From Tubulanus polymorphus (lineage: Eukaryota > Animalia > Nemertea): DNA of 64,000 nt. A model generated the notes under the pieces. The model ran no database searches, was not told the DNA's origin, and saw only the letters and a program-made list of their open reading frames with translations. This document shows positions 24,556 to 37,828 of this stretch, piece by piece; position 1 is the first letter of the stretch; every line of letters starts with the position of its first letter. The translations under genes and the position numbers were made by a program. Location of the stretch: NCBI RefSeq assembly GCF_964204645.1, contig NC_134025.1:992001-1056000 (forward strand), written 5' to 3'.

Positions 24556-25440
24556 GCCGTGTCTTGCAAGGTGACATGATTTTGAAATGAAAATCAATAC
24601 ATACAATACGCGTCTCAATTGACGCGACAATCGATGCGAATTAAGCAGTGGTGACGACTGTGTTGACTTGGTAACAGTTCTCTCGTTTAGCAGTAGAAAC
24701 GTTACGAAGACATACTACCCATGATAAGGCTATTAGTTACCAGGTCACACTGCCTGGAAGCAACATTTTTGAAGCAAAATTGAAATTACTGATCTATTAA
24801 TACATTTCACTATGAATGTCAGAAATCAATCTTATCCAGTATATCAAATAAGCGATCGCCGAAGAAAGGTAAACATGAACTTTTGGCAAATACATTCACC
24901 TGACGATTAAAACATTTCAAATTAGAATTTCATTATTTCTAATCTTTATCATTGCACAGTGATATCGCGCAACGAAATAAACGGAAATATATCGCTAGTT
25001 ACCGATATGTATTCAAAAATATTCCAGTTCGAATTCAAAAATATTACAAATGAAAAGTTCATCAGTTCTAACAATTCATTTAATTCTAAGAATTTATCTC
25101 AAAACGAGTTAAGAGTTCATTGCACGTTCAAATATGTTGCGGATTTATTGGATAGAATTGAAGAAATATCTTGAAAAATCGTCCAGTGAGGATTTTCACC
25201 TATTTTAACTCGGGGGATTTTTACAGGGGATTTTACCCACAACCTCACATAACCATTGGAAAAATAGCGTCGTTCAACAGTTCAAAGTCTCAACAACATC
25301 ATCCGCGTTGAAATTATCAAACAATTACAACATACGTTCGTAATTTTATCACATGGACTACTCTTGTTTTGGGGTTTTGTCTTATCGACGATGTTCGAAA
25401 ACTGACGGAGACGTTGATCGCATTGATTAAAGAGCGTATT

Positions 25441-25568
25441 TGGCACCAGGTGGCGCGAGTGTGTTGTGTATTATAATCGTTGATGTCTCGTACACAAAAT
25501 GGAGGCGTATATCTCTACAGTGCATCGCCTTGGATTATCTATAATTTATCCGATTTGCGTCGGTAAGT
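25441..25568 (+). promoter_or_regulatory. Probable promoter and first exon of the 1845-aa gene
   Basis: CTCF-like CACCAGGTGGCGC, YY1-like AAAATGGAGG and a strong donor G|GTAAGT at about 25563. Confidence 0.4.
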
Positions 25569-26566
25569 ACCTATCAAAAAACATTCTGTAATTTATATCG
25601 GATTTAAATACAACAAATGTTCATATTTGCGACTGGTTAGATTGTACCGTTTTCACGGATAAAGGGATTTTAATGTGTGCAGATTGTGTTCGCCCATTAA
25701 GACGTCTACGCGCACGATCCACCATAGCGCCGTACTACGGTAAACTCCGGCTCTATGTTTATATACTGAATTGCTCCAGGTGCCTACACATCGCAACGCA
25801 TTTGACGTTAGTATGATTTGGAATTAGCACATACGGACTTATAATCTTACTTTTCTATAGGCGGTTTGATGATTAGGAGTTAAGGTATAGTTGACACATT
25901 CTGTAATTACCGAGTTATCTGTTTCTAGTTAAATGACACTATTGAACAATTGAATTCATTGATATTTTTGCGGAGAAAATATTGAAAAATGCTAACACGA
26001 GTAGGGACACACCGGTAGTCGATTGGTTTCAGTAGACAAGTGACTCTGTAATTAAATTGAAGAAAAAAACCACAATTATTATGAAAAACATAAGAAGAGA
26101 GTTGATGTTTCATTTCAATTCTATGAGCCATTTTAACATTTCATAGAATAAATGGCTCTCAAAACGTCACTTTTCTTAAAGTTTTTCTACATAATCGTCA
26201 GTTTACCGAGTCTGGAAGTGATGATTACTCGTCCTCTAATTAACAGGTAGTAAAATGTCGGGGCTTAATTTAACTAATGCGTGAAGATATGTCGTTCTGA
26301 TGTTGTGCTGATGCTCGGTTTATGACCGCATTACGTGTTTTACATGTTGCCTGTTGCGGGCTTTTGTTTGCAAAATCACAGCATGGAAGCTTCGCATATG
26401 GGTGATAGATACTATTGACATGAAATGTGCTACATTTCACACGATGCCATTTCGCTGAGCTACTACTCATAGTGTTGTTGATCTTGATCTTGAAATAAGG
26501 CTGATTTCCCATCTTATCTATTTGATTCATACTGATTCGATGTGTCCCTTATAAACCCCACGCAGT

Positions 26567-26718
26567 CACAGGGGCTCGTATCAGAGTTGTAGGTCATGTA
26601 ATAACGATAATCTGTTAATCCAATGTATATAGTATATATAAGATTATATATACTATATACATTGGATTAACAGGTTATCGTTTTTACAATACCTACAACT
26701 CTGATACGAGCCCCTGTG
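26567..26718. mobile_element. 152-bp foldback MITE with 8-bp TSD (P-element-like ends; hAT not excluded)
   Basis: Near-perfect palindrome CACAGGGGCTCGTATCAGAGTTGTAGG...CCTACAACTCTGATACGAGCCCCTGTG; TSD CACGCAGT at 26559-26566 and 26719-26726. Confidence 0.9.
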
Positions 26719-27070
26719 CACGCAGTCACACCTGCCGGGAACGAGAAACGGGGGTTTTATTTCGTAAACAGCAATTGAAGTAGAGATATAGTTGGATGGT
26801 CTTACATATGGTTGGATTTACTGAATTTTATGTCAAAATCGGAATTTTCGCTTGTATATAAAAACATGACGGTAATAATGACGAATTAGCGTTAAACCAT
26901 TCTCTGTGAAACACCCGTCCCTCGATATTGTGCAGAATCGTGTCAAATATTTCATAGTTTCAAGATTTCAATATGTAAATGATAATTTTAATAAAAATCG
27001 GTCTCCCCTGTCGCGCAGTTCAGATAAGTGTACTGCGTGTCTGGTTCCACGCAGCAGCACCGGCTGTATA

Positions 27071-27175
<105 letters not shown>

Positions 27176-27349
27176 AGGTGGTCGTTCGATGGTACTTTAG
27201 GTCTCAAGTGTTAGAGAATCATTATAGAATGACGTATGACTCTATATTGTGTCGCGTCAGGCTGAAATCCATATGGATATCTAGCCGTAACTGCCTCTCT
27301 GCCTAACCAAAATATATCAGACATAAACTCTTTGTTAGCTGTTCGTATG

Positions 27350-27471
<122 letters not shown>

Positions 27472-27607
27472 CCTGTAGCTATGATATATAGTACCTGCAT
27501 ATTATAAATGTATTTATCATGACACGATATGATATCAGTATCACATTGCTGTTTGAATTCATCGCCCGGGGTCATTTATTGCATCGCTAGTCTAGACACC
27601 AAGCATA

Positions 27608-28384
27608 CGGTATTCGAAAAACGCCTAATGAAAAACACCGAATCGGAAAACGCATAACGCCTAATTCATAGTAACATCCAAGAAATTGACCTAAATCCCT
27701 ACGTGAACTATGTACGCAACGCTACATAGTTCACGTCGGAGTGCGTGGAGCGCCGCCTATTCCATCTTCGTTTCTACTGTCTTTGGTTACACAGGCTTAT
27801 CTGTGTTATTATTTCATATTAAGACAGAGTATTATGATTATAAAAGACATCATATTTTTTATATGGAACATAAAGTTTATTATTTTTTGTACAAGGAAGT
27901 TCAGGGGCTGGACATTATTTAGTCTCTCATTGGTTCGGTAGGTTCACATTAGCGTGGTTGTGAACAGTTTGAGGATAATTTTGAGAAAGGCTATTTTATC
28001 AGTCTTTGTGTGCGTTGTACGAGCGTAGGTTGTACCATATTTATGCATTCCGGTTTCAAAATTCAAGAAAGCCGGTTTATAACCGCGGCGTTTGTTTTCG
28101 CGTTATCATAGAAGTGTAAACTGTTTCAGTTTACACTTCTATGGCGTTATGTAATTAATTGCTTGCACGGCGGACATTCTATCATCATCCTATAATGAAG
28201 TTTATTAGAGTAGTAGTCTCGTTTCGTGAAGCGTAAAACACATGTATTTTCAAACTGTTCCGTTGATGAGTTGGATTGTGAGTCTCAGTAGATGGTGCAA
28301 TTACGAAATTAGGTCATTTTCTAGGAATTAGGCGTTATGCGTTTTCCGATTCGGTGTATTTCATTAGGCGTTTTTCGAATACCG
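27608..28384. mobile_element. 777-bp non-autonomous DNA transposon, Mutator/MULE-like
   Basis: About 60-bp TIRs (CGGTATTCGAAAAACGCCTAATG...) and a 9-bp TSD CCAAGCATA (27599-27607, 28385-28393). No transposase ORF. Confidence 0.85.
28107..28143. mobile_element. 37-bp palindromic mini-insertion with 7-bp TSD, nested in the MULE-like element
   Basis: CATAGAAGTGTAAACTG-TTT-CAGTTTACACTTCTATG flanked by GCGTTAT on both sides. Confidence 0.8.
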
Positions 28385-29184
28385 CCAAGCATATATCACG
28401 TATATGCTGATAGAATTAGAGATATGCGCCTCGTGTAAAATTGCGTTGTGTTGTGTAACATATTGATATCATTTTTATATTTGTTCAGATACATAGGAAT
28501 ATAAATTGGAAGATACTATGAAACACTTTGAGTACGTGTTTGAAGATCCCAAAGAATAAAGACTGGAATGTTTCCTTGAGCTGATGTTTTATTCAATGTT
28601 TCAACTATTTCCCCCCGAAGATGACTATTCATAGGAAATAGTGAAAACGTCTGAATAAACTACTAGCCCAGGGAAACATTTCAGACTTTATTTTTCATTC
28701 CTAGTGTGAGATCTTATATTATTAATCTAGGATGCCTTCATCGTTACAACTTAGAACACGGGCTCAGAGTGTTTCATCAATGGTTGATTCATAGATAATG
28801 AATGATTCAAACAACGACCTATATTATCATCGATATCGGGATTTTTATATTACAGGGAAGTGTTCTTCAAACGAAAAGCCACAATGAATACGTTTAAAGT
28901 TGTTTTGATCTTAAAATAGGGATTGTCCCCATTATTTATTTATTTGGCTAGTAAATTTTGTTTGATTTTTTGATTGAGTGTCCCTTACAGACCCACCACA
29001 CCTGCCTGGAGCGAAACAGGGGGTTTGAAGTTGTTTTAGCCGCAGGCTCTTCCTGCATTTGAAATATAGATTATCTGAAAAGATATATATCAATATTATG
29101 AAACATTTTTGGATATGCTGAATCAGTAATGATCAGATCGGCAATTGTATCGTAATAAATAATGTGTATATTCCTATTTTTCAG

Positions 29185-32100
29185 ATGCTGCCGTCTTACA
29201 GCATTGATCGACCGTCTTGTCAAGCAAAATCCGCTGGAAGAGACCAATATCCTTATCATAGTCGCAATCAGCAAGGAATCCCCGGTGATCTGTACCAGCT
29301 ACAACCACAGACCAGTGACGTCTACGGATTACAACATATAAACATTAATCCCGGTCATTTCAGAAGTCATCGTACTTCTTTCTTCCCTTCTGCTAGCGGG
29401 GATAGTGGTCTATTCGGAGAAACCGCGCCGCATCATCGACATCAACAACAAATCTATACTCATCTGGACTTTATAAATCCCGGTTATAATTACTGCAGTG
29501 AAGTGAATTTACATCATCCGAGATCCTACATTCATCAGAGTACACTCGGTGTTTGGCCGCCGAGATCGATTTATAACGAAACTCCCGCGCTCAGTCGTGC
29601 GATGGATGGATCGATTCCTAGATCGGACGAGCAGATGAGTTCAGACGGTCGTATCATTTCGACCAGTTCGCCGCACAAGCGAGTTCATAACGAGCAACAA
29701 ATGGAAAATGTCGGTGATATGAGCTACAAGCGACCACGCGTATCAACCCTCGTTCAAAATATTCCGCTTCCTCCTGAGAATATCGATACTGCTGATCAGC
29801 GACGAGGACGTCGAGGGGGAGAATATGAAGTATTAGATCTTTCTGTAAGATGTTCTCCACCGGAATCACATCATCCTGATTATTACGCTGCTGCTGCTGC
29901 TGCTATTCATAAGTTAGATCTAGATCCTCCGATGCACGGGTATAGTGGAACTCCTGTGTATAGTTACAGGTCCAGTCAGAGCTCGTCTTCGAGTCAACCT
30001 GTTATCCCCGACCAGACGTATCAACCAGCGACTCACCGGGTATCGTCCCAAAGTGTTAGAAGTCCAATCGCACCAGAACCAGAATACCGACAAACGCACC
30101 AGCAACATCAGCCTACTAATAATACAGGTAGCCCTGGAAATCAAAGGTGTGATGCTAAACCTGCAGATAGTAAAGTCAATACTGACGATGCAGCTATGTA
30201 TTTGACAAAAGAGTTGGAAGATATTGATTTTACAACTATGAAGACCACAGAAAGTAGTTCAACTGAATCGACTGAGTCACTTACACGTGATGAGGATGTT
30301 AATAGGGAAACACCAGCTGAAACAAGCGAAGAAATAAGAGAAACGGAGAAACAGGAAAACGAACAAGAAACTGCTGCAGACAGCGGGGAGATAAATGAAA
30401 CACAAACTGATGAAAAATTATCAGTTGAAACAGAACGGGATAAATGTAATACACCGTTAATTGATGAAAGAGATGAAGATAACGCTACTAGTGGACTGGC
30501 TGAAATAAACAATGAACGTTGTGACACCCCGTGCTTAGATGAAATGACCTACGTCGAACAAAACCTTCAACTAGCGACACCGCCTTGTGAAGAGGTTCCA
30601 GCTAGCCCTGTATCTGATCAACAGCAGCCAGTAACTAATGTATCGAACGATGATGCAGTTGAGACAATCAGTGAAAATCAACTTCAAGATGCTGATAATC
30701 GTGAAAATGAAAAACAGTATAATGACATGATCCCTGTTACAGTTCTAGAAGAAACGGTTTCAGAAGAAGAAGTCCAAACAACTTCAACATCCTTAGATGA
30801 AGATGATGTTCCTAGAAGTTCAGCTTCGTCATTGGAAGTAGAGGCCGCGTGTAACGCGCTCATTGATCACCTTCAAAACGAACCTTCACATTTTGAAGAA
30901 ATTGTCGTTGAAAACGTTGTAACTGATGATATACCCGTGTTGGAAGTTGGCGAGGTTAAAGTCGAAGAAGCGATTGAAGTTGCAGAAGTAAAAGTTGAAG
31001 AAGCCATGGAAGTCGCCGAGTATGAAGTCCCACTGGATACGAATAAGACGCACGAAGAATCTACGGAAGTGATATCGACTGTGTTATGCACATATCCGGA
31101 CACAAGTGGCCATACCAGCAGGGAACACACGAAACCTCCTGAGCTTTTAATGGTTGACCCGAGGCTCTTAATTGAAGTAGAGTCACCTGTTACTATCATG
31201 GTACGATCAACTGAAGTTATTACTCACGATGTAGCAAGCGAAGCACTTGAACAACGTGACGTTTGCGATGTTTCACAAACTGGTAATGTCGAAGTTACAA
31301 CGTCTGTAGAGGAAGTTACTGCTGTGGCTGAAGTTGGGGTAAAACCTGTTGATGATACAAACAGCGATGATGCTGCTCAAAAAGTACACCAGGAAACTGA
31401 AGTTCGTCTTACAGATGTCCCAACGGTTGAGATGAAAGTCTCTGTAGAATCTATACAAGAAAATAGTGAATCATCTATGGATAAGAGTCCCATCATCGAA
31501 TCATCCACTGATAATGACGTTGACGTAACAGAAAGAAACATCGCTGACGACTCTCAGATGACAGAAACAAATGACCACGATCTCTCTAGCAACAAAGATG
31601 TCAATGAACTTCGGCCAAATGATGACGAAAAATCGACAGATGATACAGAACCTCTTCCTTCTGAATCCGAGACGACCCCAAGGTTGGATGATAAAGCTGA
31701 TGATATCTCAGTGGCGAGCGAGAGAGAAACAGCAGATACGGAACAATCTCCCAGTGATCAACAGGATGTCATTCAACCTTCCGCTGTCTCTGCTGTGGTT
31801 GAAAATGCAATGGATACATCAGAAGCTCCAGACCTGAAGTGCAGTCCTCAACCATCACAATCCAATGACGCGACAACATTACAAACCGATAAGGAAGACC
31901 TGGGTAGTCTTCCTATTGTGCAGTTAGCTATGAAATCTGCTGAAGAGTTTACTCAGATGGACGCTGAAAAGCAAAAGTCTCTGGAAGCTGCGAGAGCATC
32001 TGTTGAAACTATATCCGATGATTCAGGTAGTAATGTAGTCCCAGAAGATGTTTGTGTTTCGGAAGCTATGCATGAGTTGTGTAGTGATGATCAGCCACCA

Positions 32101-34722
32101 GATATCACTCCTGACCAACCGGAAAATTTCTGCGACACGCCTCCCGAAGAGTTAGCGCCAATTGATAATCTACAGAAACCTTCAACATCCGAACAAAGCG
32201 CGCCATCCGTCGAACAGAATGTTGATCCGCCTACGTTGGACTTCATCGCTTTATCCGAAGCTTTTGGACTCCCGACACAGAGTGACGTTACCAGTAGAGT
32301 AAGTCCCGACGATTCAGGACCACCGAGTCTAATTCCTATAAAGGAGGTTGACGAAAACAGCGCCATTGAAACTAATGACGCTGACGCTGATATTGGGAAT
32401 ACAGAAATGGAAACCGGTGATGATGATGAGTTTGGCCCGAGTGCCATTATCTTAGATTATAATACGTGGTGCCAGTTGCATCCTAATAAAGATACGGCCG
32501 CTGCTGAAGAAGAAGAAACTCCTACGAATTCATTTGCTAGTGATTTGATCGCGGCTTACGACGGAGCCGATATTGACCAGTTGAAAGACGCGCGCACACA
32601 CGAGGCATTATCCGCTTTAGATCGTCTATCAGAACAGTTAGCCGCCCGTGAAACTGTATTGGCCGCTGAAGGAATCGGGAAAACTCGAAAACCAAGACGT
32701 AAACGCCGTAAATCTCCATACACGAAGAAGCCGAGATATCCACCTCAGCCGAGAGTCGGACCTAAGCGTAAAGTCAATAAAAAGAGTGGACTCGAGCGGC
32801 TTCACCAAGAGCTGAATATGGATCTAGTTTTCTACGCTCACGAGAATAGCGAGGATGAAGAAGTTGAGGAGCCTCAGAATGAGCCCCAGAATGAGCCCGA
32901 GAATGAGGAGACGATAGATGAGTCGACATACAAAGCAGCCGAATCACATCAACACAGCGGTGGCCGCCATACTAGAAGATCGTGTGAATTGTGCAAGGTT
33001 AAACGTCGAATCATGCACGGGTCGTTTAAACGCCTTATTAAACGAGATTATTCCGAGAAAAGCCCAACTAAAACTTCACCGAAACCCGAAAACAAGACGG
33101 AAGAAACGGCAGTGGTTCCGCTTTCCGTAGAGGTGGGAGACGAACAAGTTGAGCCCGAGAACGACACAACTCCAGTAAAATCCTGTAAGATTAACGTGAA
33201 TGATTTATCGCCAGTTATGAATGGTAAAAACACTGTGAATATTGATGATCTGCCGCTTACTGTTAGCAAGAAAACATTCGTTAAACGTAAACGAGGACGT
33301 CGATCGAAGAAGAAGGTGACGTTCAGTCTTACAGAGGCAGCAGAGTCGCCGGCTGCGCCCAGTATGCCATCGAAAGATAAGATAACGACTGGAATTGCGA
33401 GATTCAAAGAGAAAATCAAAGGTCTCAAACCGAAATCGTTACAAAAACCGAAAAGTGGGGATAAGAAAAAGAAAGTGGAAAAGGTAGATGTGGCTGTTGG
33501 TCCCGATGAACCGATGACTTACCTGCCGCCTAAACATACCCAGCAAATCTATAGCAGCCGCGGTTATAAAGTGAAATCGAAAGGGCGAAGTAAGCGCAGG
33601 AGAACGAAGGAGAATCTGTGCTGGTTTGATTACGATGAAAGAGTCCACAAACGATTACTGAAACGCGTCGATCCAACACTGGCTGAAGGCACACCACCGC
33701 ACATCGAAATTACACCCGATCTATATCTGGACGACATCGAACCGCATTCGAGTAACCAGGAGAGGAGTACTTATAATCAGAAATCGCGCGCGGGAGGAAA
33801 ACATAAACATTCTAGAGACAGACCTACAGTCGGTAGTTCTCCGACTTCGACCGATAGAAGTATGGACGTGTTCACTTTCAGAGATGACGAAATAATCACA
33901 AATGCATTTCCATCACCACCGCATTCTCCTACCCAGCAGCAAACGAGGGAGAATCGTGCAGCGCGAGATGACGTTTCCGACAACTTACCACGACCGACCA
34001 GATTATTACAGCCTAAAAAGAAACGACGGGTGATTGAAGCAGCAGCTGGTGCGCCAGTTAGTAGAGATATAGAAACGGATGAAATTCACGAAGATCCGGT
34101 AATAATGTCAGATGAGGCTAGAACTGCGCTTACAGCAGCAGTGTTAGATATCCGTCCCGCACACCGTGCTCAAATCAAGAGACAATTCAAATTTAGAGAA
34201 AGACTTACCTATAGTAAGTACAAAAAGGACAGTAAGATCCACAGTCACCAGGAGGAGAGGGTAATGAGACTGAAAAAACAACTCCAATCACAAATGATTA
34301 ATTTGAACCGGATCAAAGTCCGCGAGGATAAACGACGCATTCCGAAATCCGTAAAGCATTTACTATCGCAGGAAGATGATGAAAATGATGACGATGACGA
34401 TGACGATGATTATGAAGATGATGTCGGATCGTACGAATATGACGATAACGTTCACCTCGGCTCAATTGATGAAGATGCCGAAGCGATACATGACAATTTA
34501 GCGAAGCAAGAGACCGACGATGAAACTGACGATGAGAATGACGATGAAATCGAAGATGAAAATGGCACACGTGCAACGGTAGATGATTTAGTGGAATTTG
34601 AAGAGTGTCCACCCGAGGAAGGTGTCGACGACCGAGTAGCGGCTGAACACGCTTTAAAATTCAGACGTAAACGCGATAAACCTGTCAAACAATACGACAT
34701 TAAACTATTCGAACCAATCTAA
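29185..34722 (+). CDS. About 1845-aa disordered protein (P/Q/H-rich N-terminus, acidic centre, basic NLS-like clusters, D/E tail); single coding exon
   Basis: 5.5-kb ORF; ATG immediately after a ttttcag acceptor. Contains VLDLS, KRKRGRRSKK and a short C-terminal coiled-coil-like segment. Confidence 0.8.
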   Translation: MLPSYSIDRPSCQAKSAGRDQYPYHSRNQQGIPGDLYQLQPQTSDVYGLQHININPGHFRSHRTSFFPSASGDSGLFGETAPHHRHQQQIYTHLDFINPGYNYCSEVNLHHPRSYIHQSTLGVWPPRSIYNETPALSRAMDGSIPRSDEQMSSDGRIISTSSPHKRVHNEQQMENVGDMSYKRPRVSTLVQNIPLPPENIDTADQRRGRRGGEYEVLDLSVRCSPPESHHPDYYAAAAAAIHKLDLDPPMHGYSGTPVYSYRSSQSSSSSQPVIPDQTYQPATHRVSSQSVRSPIAPEPEYRQTHQQHQPTNNTGSPGNQRCDAKPADSKVNTDDAAMYLTKELEDIDFTTMKTTESSSTESTESLTRDEDVNRETPAETSEEIRETEKQENEQETAADSGEINETQTDEKLSVETERDKCNTPLIDERDEDNATSGLAEINNERCDTPCLDEMTYVEQNLQLATPPCEEVPASPVSDQQQPVTNVSNDDAVETISENQLQDADNRENEKQYNDMIPVTVLEETVSEEEVQTTSTSLDEDDVPRSSASSLEVEAACNALIDHLQNEPSHFEEIVVENVVTDDIPVLEVGEVKVEEAIEVAEVKVEEAMEVAEYEVPLDTNKTHEESTEVISTVLCTYPDTSGHTSREHTKPPELLMVDPRLLIEVESPVTIMVRSTEVITHDVASEALEQRDVCDVSQTGNVEVTTSVEEVTAVAEVGVKPVDDTNSDDAAQKVHQETEVRLTDVPTVEMKVSVESIQENSESSMDKSPIIESSTDNDVDVTERNIADDSQMTETNDHDLSSNKDVNELRPNDDEKSTDDTEPLPSESETTPRLDDKADDISVASERETADTEQSPSDQQDVIQPSAVSAVVENAMDTSEAPDLKCSPQPSQSNDATTLQTDKEDLGSLPIVQLAMKSAEEFTQMDAEKQKSLEAARASVETISDDSGSNVVPEDVCVSEAMHELCSDDQPPDITPDQPENFCDTPPEELAPIDNLQKPSTSEQSAPSVEQNVDPPTLDFIALSEAFGLPTQSDVTSRVSPDDSGPPSLIPIKEVDENSAIETNDADADIGNTEMETGDDDEFGPSAIILDYNTWCQLHPNKDTAAAEEEETPTNSFASDLIAAYDGADIDQLKDARTHEALSALDRLSEQLAARETVLAAEGIGKTRKPRRKRRKSPYTKKPRYPPQPRVGPKRKVNKKSGLERLHQELNMDLVFYAHENSEDEEVEEPQNEPQNEPENEETIDESTYKAAESHQHSGGRHTRRSCELCKVKRRIMHGSFKRLIKRDYSEKSPTKTSPKPENKTEETAVVPLSVEVGDEQVEPENDTTPVKSCKINVNDLSPVMNGKNTVNIDDLPLTVSKKTFVKRKRGRRSKKKVTFSLTEAAESPAAPSMPSKDKITTGIARFKEKIKGLKPKSLQKPKSGDKKKKVEKVDVAVGPDEPMTYLPPKHTQQIYSSRGYKVKSKGRSKRRRTKENLCWFDYDERVHKRLLKRVDPTLAEGTPPHIEITPDLYLDDIEPHSSNQERSTYNQKSRAGGKHKHSRDRPTVGSSPTSTDRSMDVFTFRDDEIITNAFPSPPHSPTQQQTRENRAARDDVSDNLPRPTRLLQPKKKRRVIEAAAGAPVSRDIETDEIHEDPVIMSDEARTALTAAVLDIRPAHRAQIKRQFKFRERLTYSKYKKDSKIHSHQEERVMRLKKQLQSQMINLNRIKVREDKRRIPKSVKHLLSQEDDENDDDDDDDDYEDDVGSYEYDDNVHLGSIDEDAEAIHDNLAKQETDDETDDENDDEIEDENGTRATVDDLVEFEECPPEEGVDDRVAAEHALKFRRKRDKPVKQYDIKLFEPI

Positions 34723-37700
34723 CTTTTCGTGTGCTACTGTAGTACTAGTCCTCGTATCGTAGTACAACGAGAAAGTACTATTGTAGTACTAGTCCTTTTA
34801 AGAAAAGCACCAGTCCTGGTATCGTTTTAACAGAAAGAAAGGTGTGCCTTGTATCAACACATGATCGCAATGTAGTTTTTAACCTGTGCCAGTTGCAATC
34901 CATATGAAATGATGAAACTCATCCTTTTTCGGACTGTATATGGTATTTTTGATTGTGGAGAATTTGTGGATGATTTAGAAGTATCCCACCACCAATCCAA
35001 GCACCGACCTAGTGATCATTTCGATATTGATTGAGAAAGCCATCTTATTTCTGTAAATGTCTAACTTATAATGCCAATATTAATACTGTATTTATCTAAG
35101 TCAACCTTCCCGAGAAGTACCGGATATTTTTGATGACGATACCGATGACTTTCAATCAATGTGCGTGTTAGCACAATACAATGTACGTTCTGTTGTCTTT
35201 TAAAGAGAATATTGTACACATGAATTTAGTGTTTGAAGTGTATGTGTTTAATTATTATATATTGTATCGATATTCTAAATTTACGTTTTGTACTTAAAGA
35301 AAAAATGTACGACATTTCTGTAAAATGCCTCCTGTGTATGAAGGAATCACGGATGTGTAAATGAGAGGCTCTTATTCGGCCAGTCACAGTCACTTCTATT
35401 CTATTAGTGTACTTTGTGTAGCTGTTTGTTTGTTTGTTTGTTTGTGTCAAAATGTGAGACACAGTTGTGTCACAATCACGATTTTTAAAACCCGAACCAC
35501 AGCAGACTCTATCTTATAGTCGATATACTATATGTATTACTTCAGTCGTAAAGTCTGCTGTTTCGGATATTTATGAATTTTTTGTTTGTTTTGATTTAAA
35601 CTTTTACTGTCTTTGCATGATTAATAAACATAAAATGTTTTATGGCAGCACTGAAACAAGTGCGTGGATTTTTGTACCGCAACCTTTAATTTTATGATCT
35701 GAAACAGTTATCAATTAGTTTTTAATTGCGAATCTAATTATGTGCATGATTTCGAATATTTTATTCGTGGTGCTTGAAATTGTATTGGAATAATTGAGTG
35801 GATATTTAGTCTTTTATGTTACGTGCTGTTATTTGAGTCAACTTGATCCGGGTAACCATTGATGAATTACAACGAAGTCAGATTTTTCAAAAATTGCATT
35901 TTCTTAGTATTGGAAAAATGTATCTGGATTGAAGAAAGTCTTGGTCAGTGCTATACAAATGTATGAAAGAACGCGGTTAGTTTTTTTGTAAATGTTTAAA
36001 GTTTGTGATAATGTTTTAATTTTGTTTGTTTTGTATTTTGTAACTATAATGTATGAAATAATGAAGCAAATTTTATCTCGGTTTTAACGGACTTTTCAAA
36101 ATCGTATTAGGCAGGTTTCGGTCGAACGCTATTCCGGTTTAGAAAATAGCAGTTCCGGATTACAAACTCTACCGGCCGCTTCTATCAAGTTTACAGATTG
36201 CTATCCCGGAATAGGTCGAAACGAATGCATCAGAAGAGAAGTTCAGAATCGGTAGAGACCAATCGAAACCAGCCTAAGAATCGGTGGTTTGTACCTGAGC
36301 ATTCATATGAAGTGTAACTGAAGGATATCATTCCAAAATTTAAGTTTAATATTAACAATACGGAAGTAGTTAATGATCGCTGAATTATCATTTAACCTAC
36401 TTATTCTATGTACATTAATAAAATAAATCATTGATTGGAAACATTCTGTAAAATAAAGTCATTTCTACAATAAATAAAAAACCGCTGTGTACATTTACAT
36501 CGAAAACAACCCGACTAGTCAGTGTAGTTTCTTCGTTCATTTCGGTGCAATGGAGGACATGCCCTGCTGACGTCACTCGGCTGACAAGTCGTATAGTCAG
36601 CAGTTCAAGTTTCATCGCTGCGCATGACCATGACGTCACGAGGTAATCTCTTCATGTTATGATCGAACTCGAGCTCCGTGAAGGTTATTGAACCTGAACC
36701 AGTCCTGTACACTCCCTCGTGGTCCACAGTGAAATAGAAGCAATATTTGTTAACGTCAAATGAAATGCTTGCGCGTTTATGTCTATTCATATCCTAGGAT
36801 ACAAGTTCTTCTAACTGAAGTATTTAATCCATTGCAGAGGATACATTTGTTCCAGGGTCGACGTCGTCCACGTATCGAGAACCTGGGGTATATACGGATT
36901 TGTGATAGACAACGTCTCCACCCAGTCCATTACCCAAATCATTTTATAATAATTATATGATACTCGACAAAGCATTCACACCGCATTTTCTTCGAATCCG
37001 ATTCCAACATGATGACGTCACGTCATAATTTTAATTATTTTGAAGATCAGCAGCAAAATAAATGTTTAACCAGACCGATAACTGTTCAACCAATCCCATC
37101 AATTTGATAAGAAAAGAAAATAAACAACCTGCAACTGGCTCCTACGGGTTTAAATACATGTACTCTCCAGCAACCACAATCAAAGACAATACATTGATAA
37201 ATTCTGTAAAAATGAATTCGAACTAAAAATAGCGACTAGCTGAAATCAAACATAAAGCAAGGTTTTATTCGCTTTGTAACATTTACAAGGGTTTTATATC
37301 GAACAAGCAAAAATACTATAATGTAACAGTTACAGCGTATATAATAACTATGTATGATACATGTATAGATTGAAGCGATACGATCATATTATAAGTGAAC
37401 AAAACAGTTTTATAGTATAATACAGTTAAATATAGACAGCTATAGACAGACTTAGTGAAATATTCAGTACATTTTCTCTCATTAAAAAGTCAACAATACG
37501 TGCTTTGCGCATATCACTTTCCAAAGAAACAACGAACGTTGTCTTTTCTTTTGGCAGCAGATTTCACAATCAAATATGTACAATTTTCTTTACTACATTA
37601 AGTGGAGTTTCAAACTTGATAAGAAAGTTGTTTAAAAGTGATTGTACGTAATTGACGACAAGGACCCTGAAACCACAACACATCGGTTTCACTGACTTTG

Positions 37701-37828
37701 TATCAAAGTTACTCTAGGAGGTCAGAGTCCTCAACCTTAATGATATTTCGTGATTAAGTTTGGAATATTCCCAGCGTCATTTTGACCCTGAATATAAAAC
37801 ATATACCGAGTAGAAATGAATCAAAGTT

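Noticed and set aside
24191-24574. ORFs overlapping the tRNA genes (also 13157-13526)
   Set aside because: Typical spurious translations of tRNA sequence.
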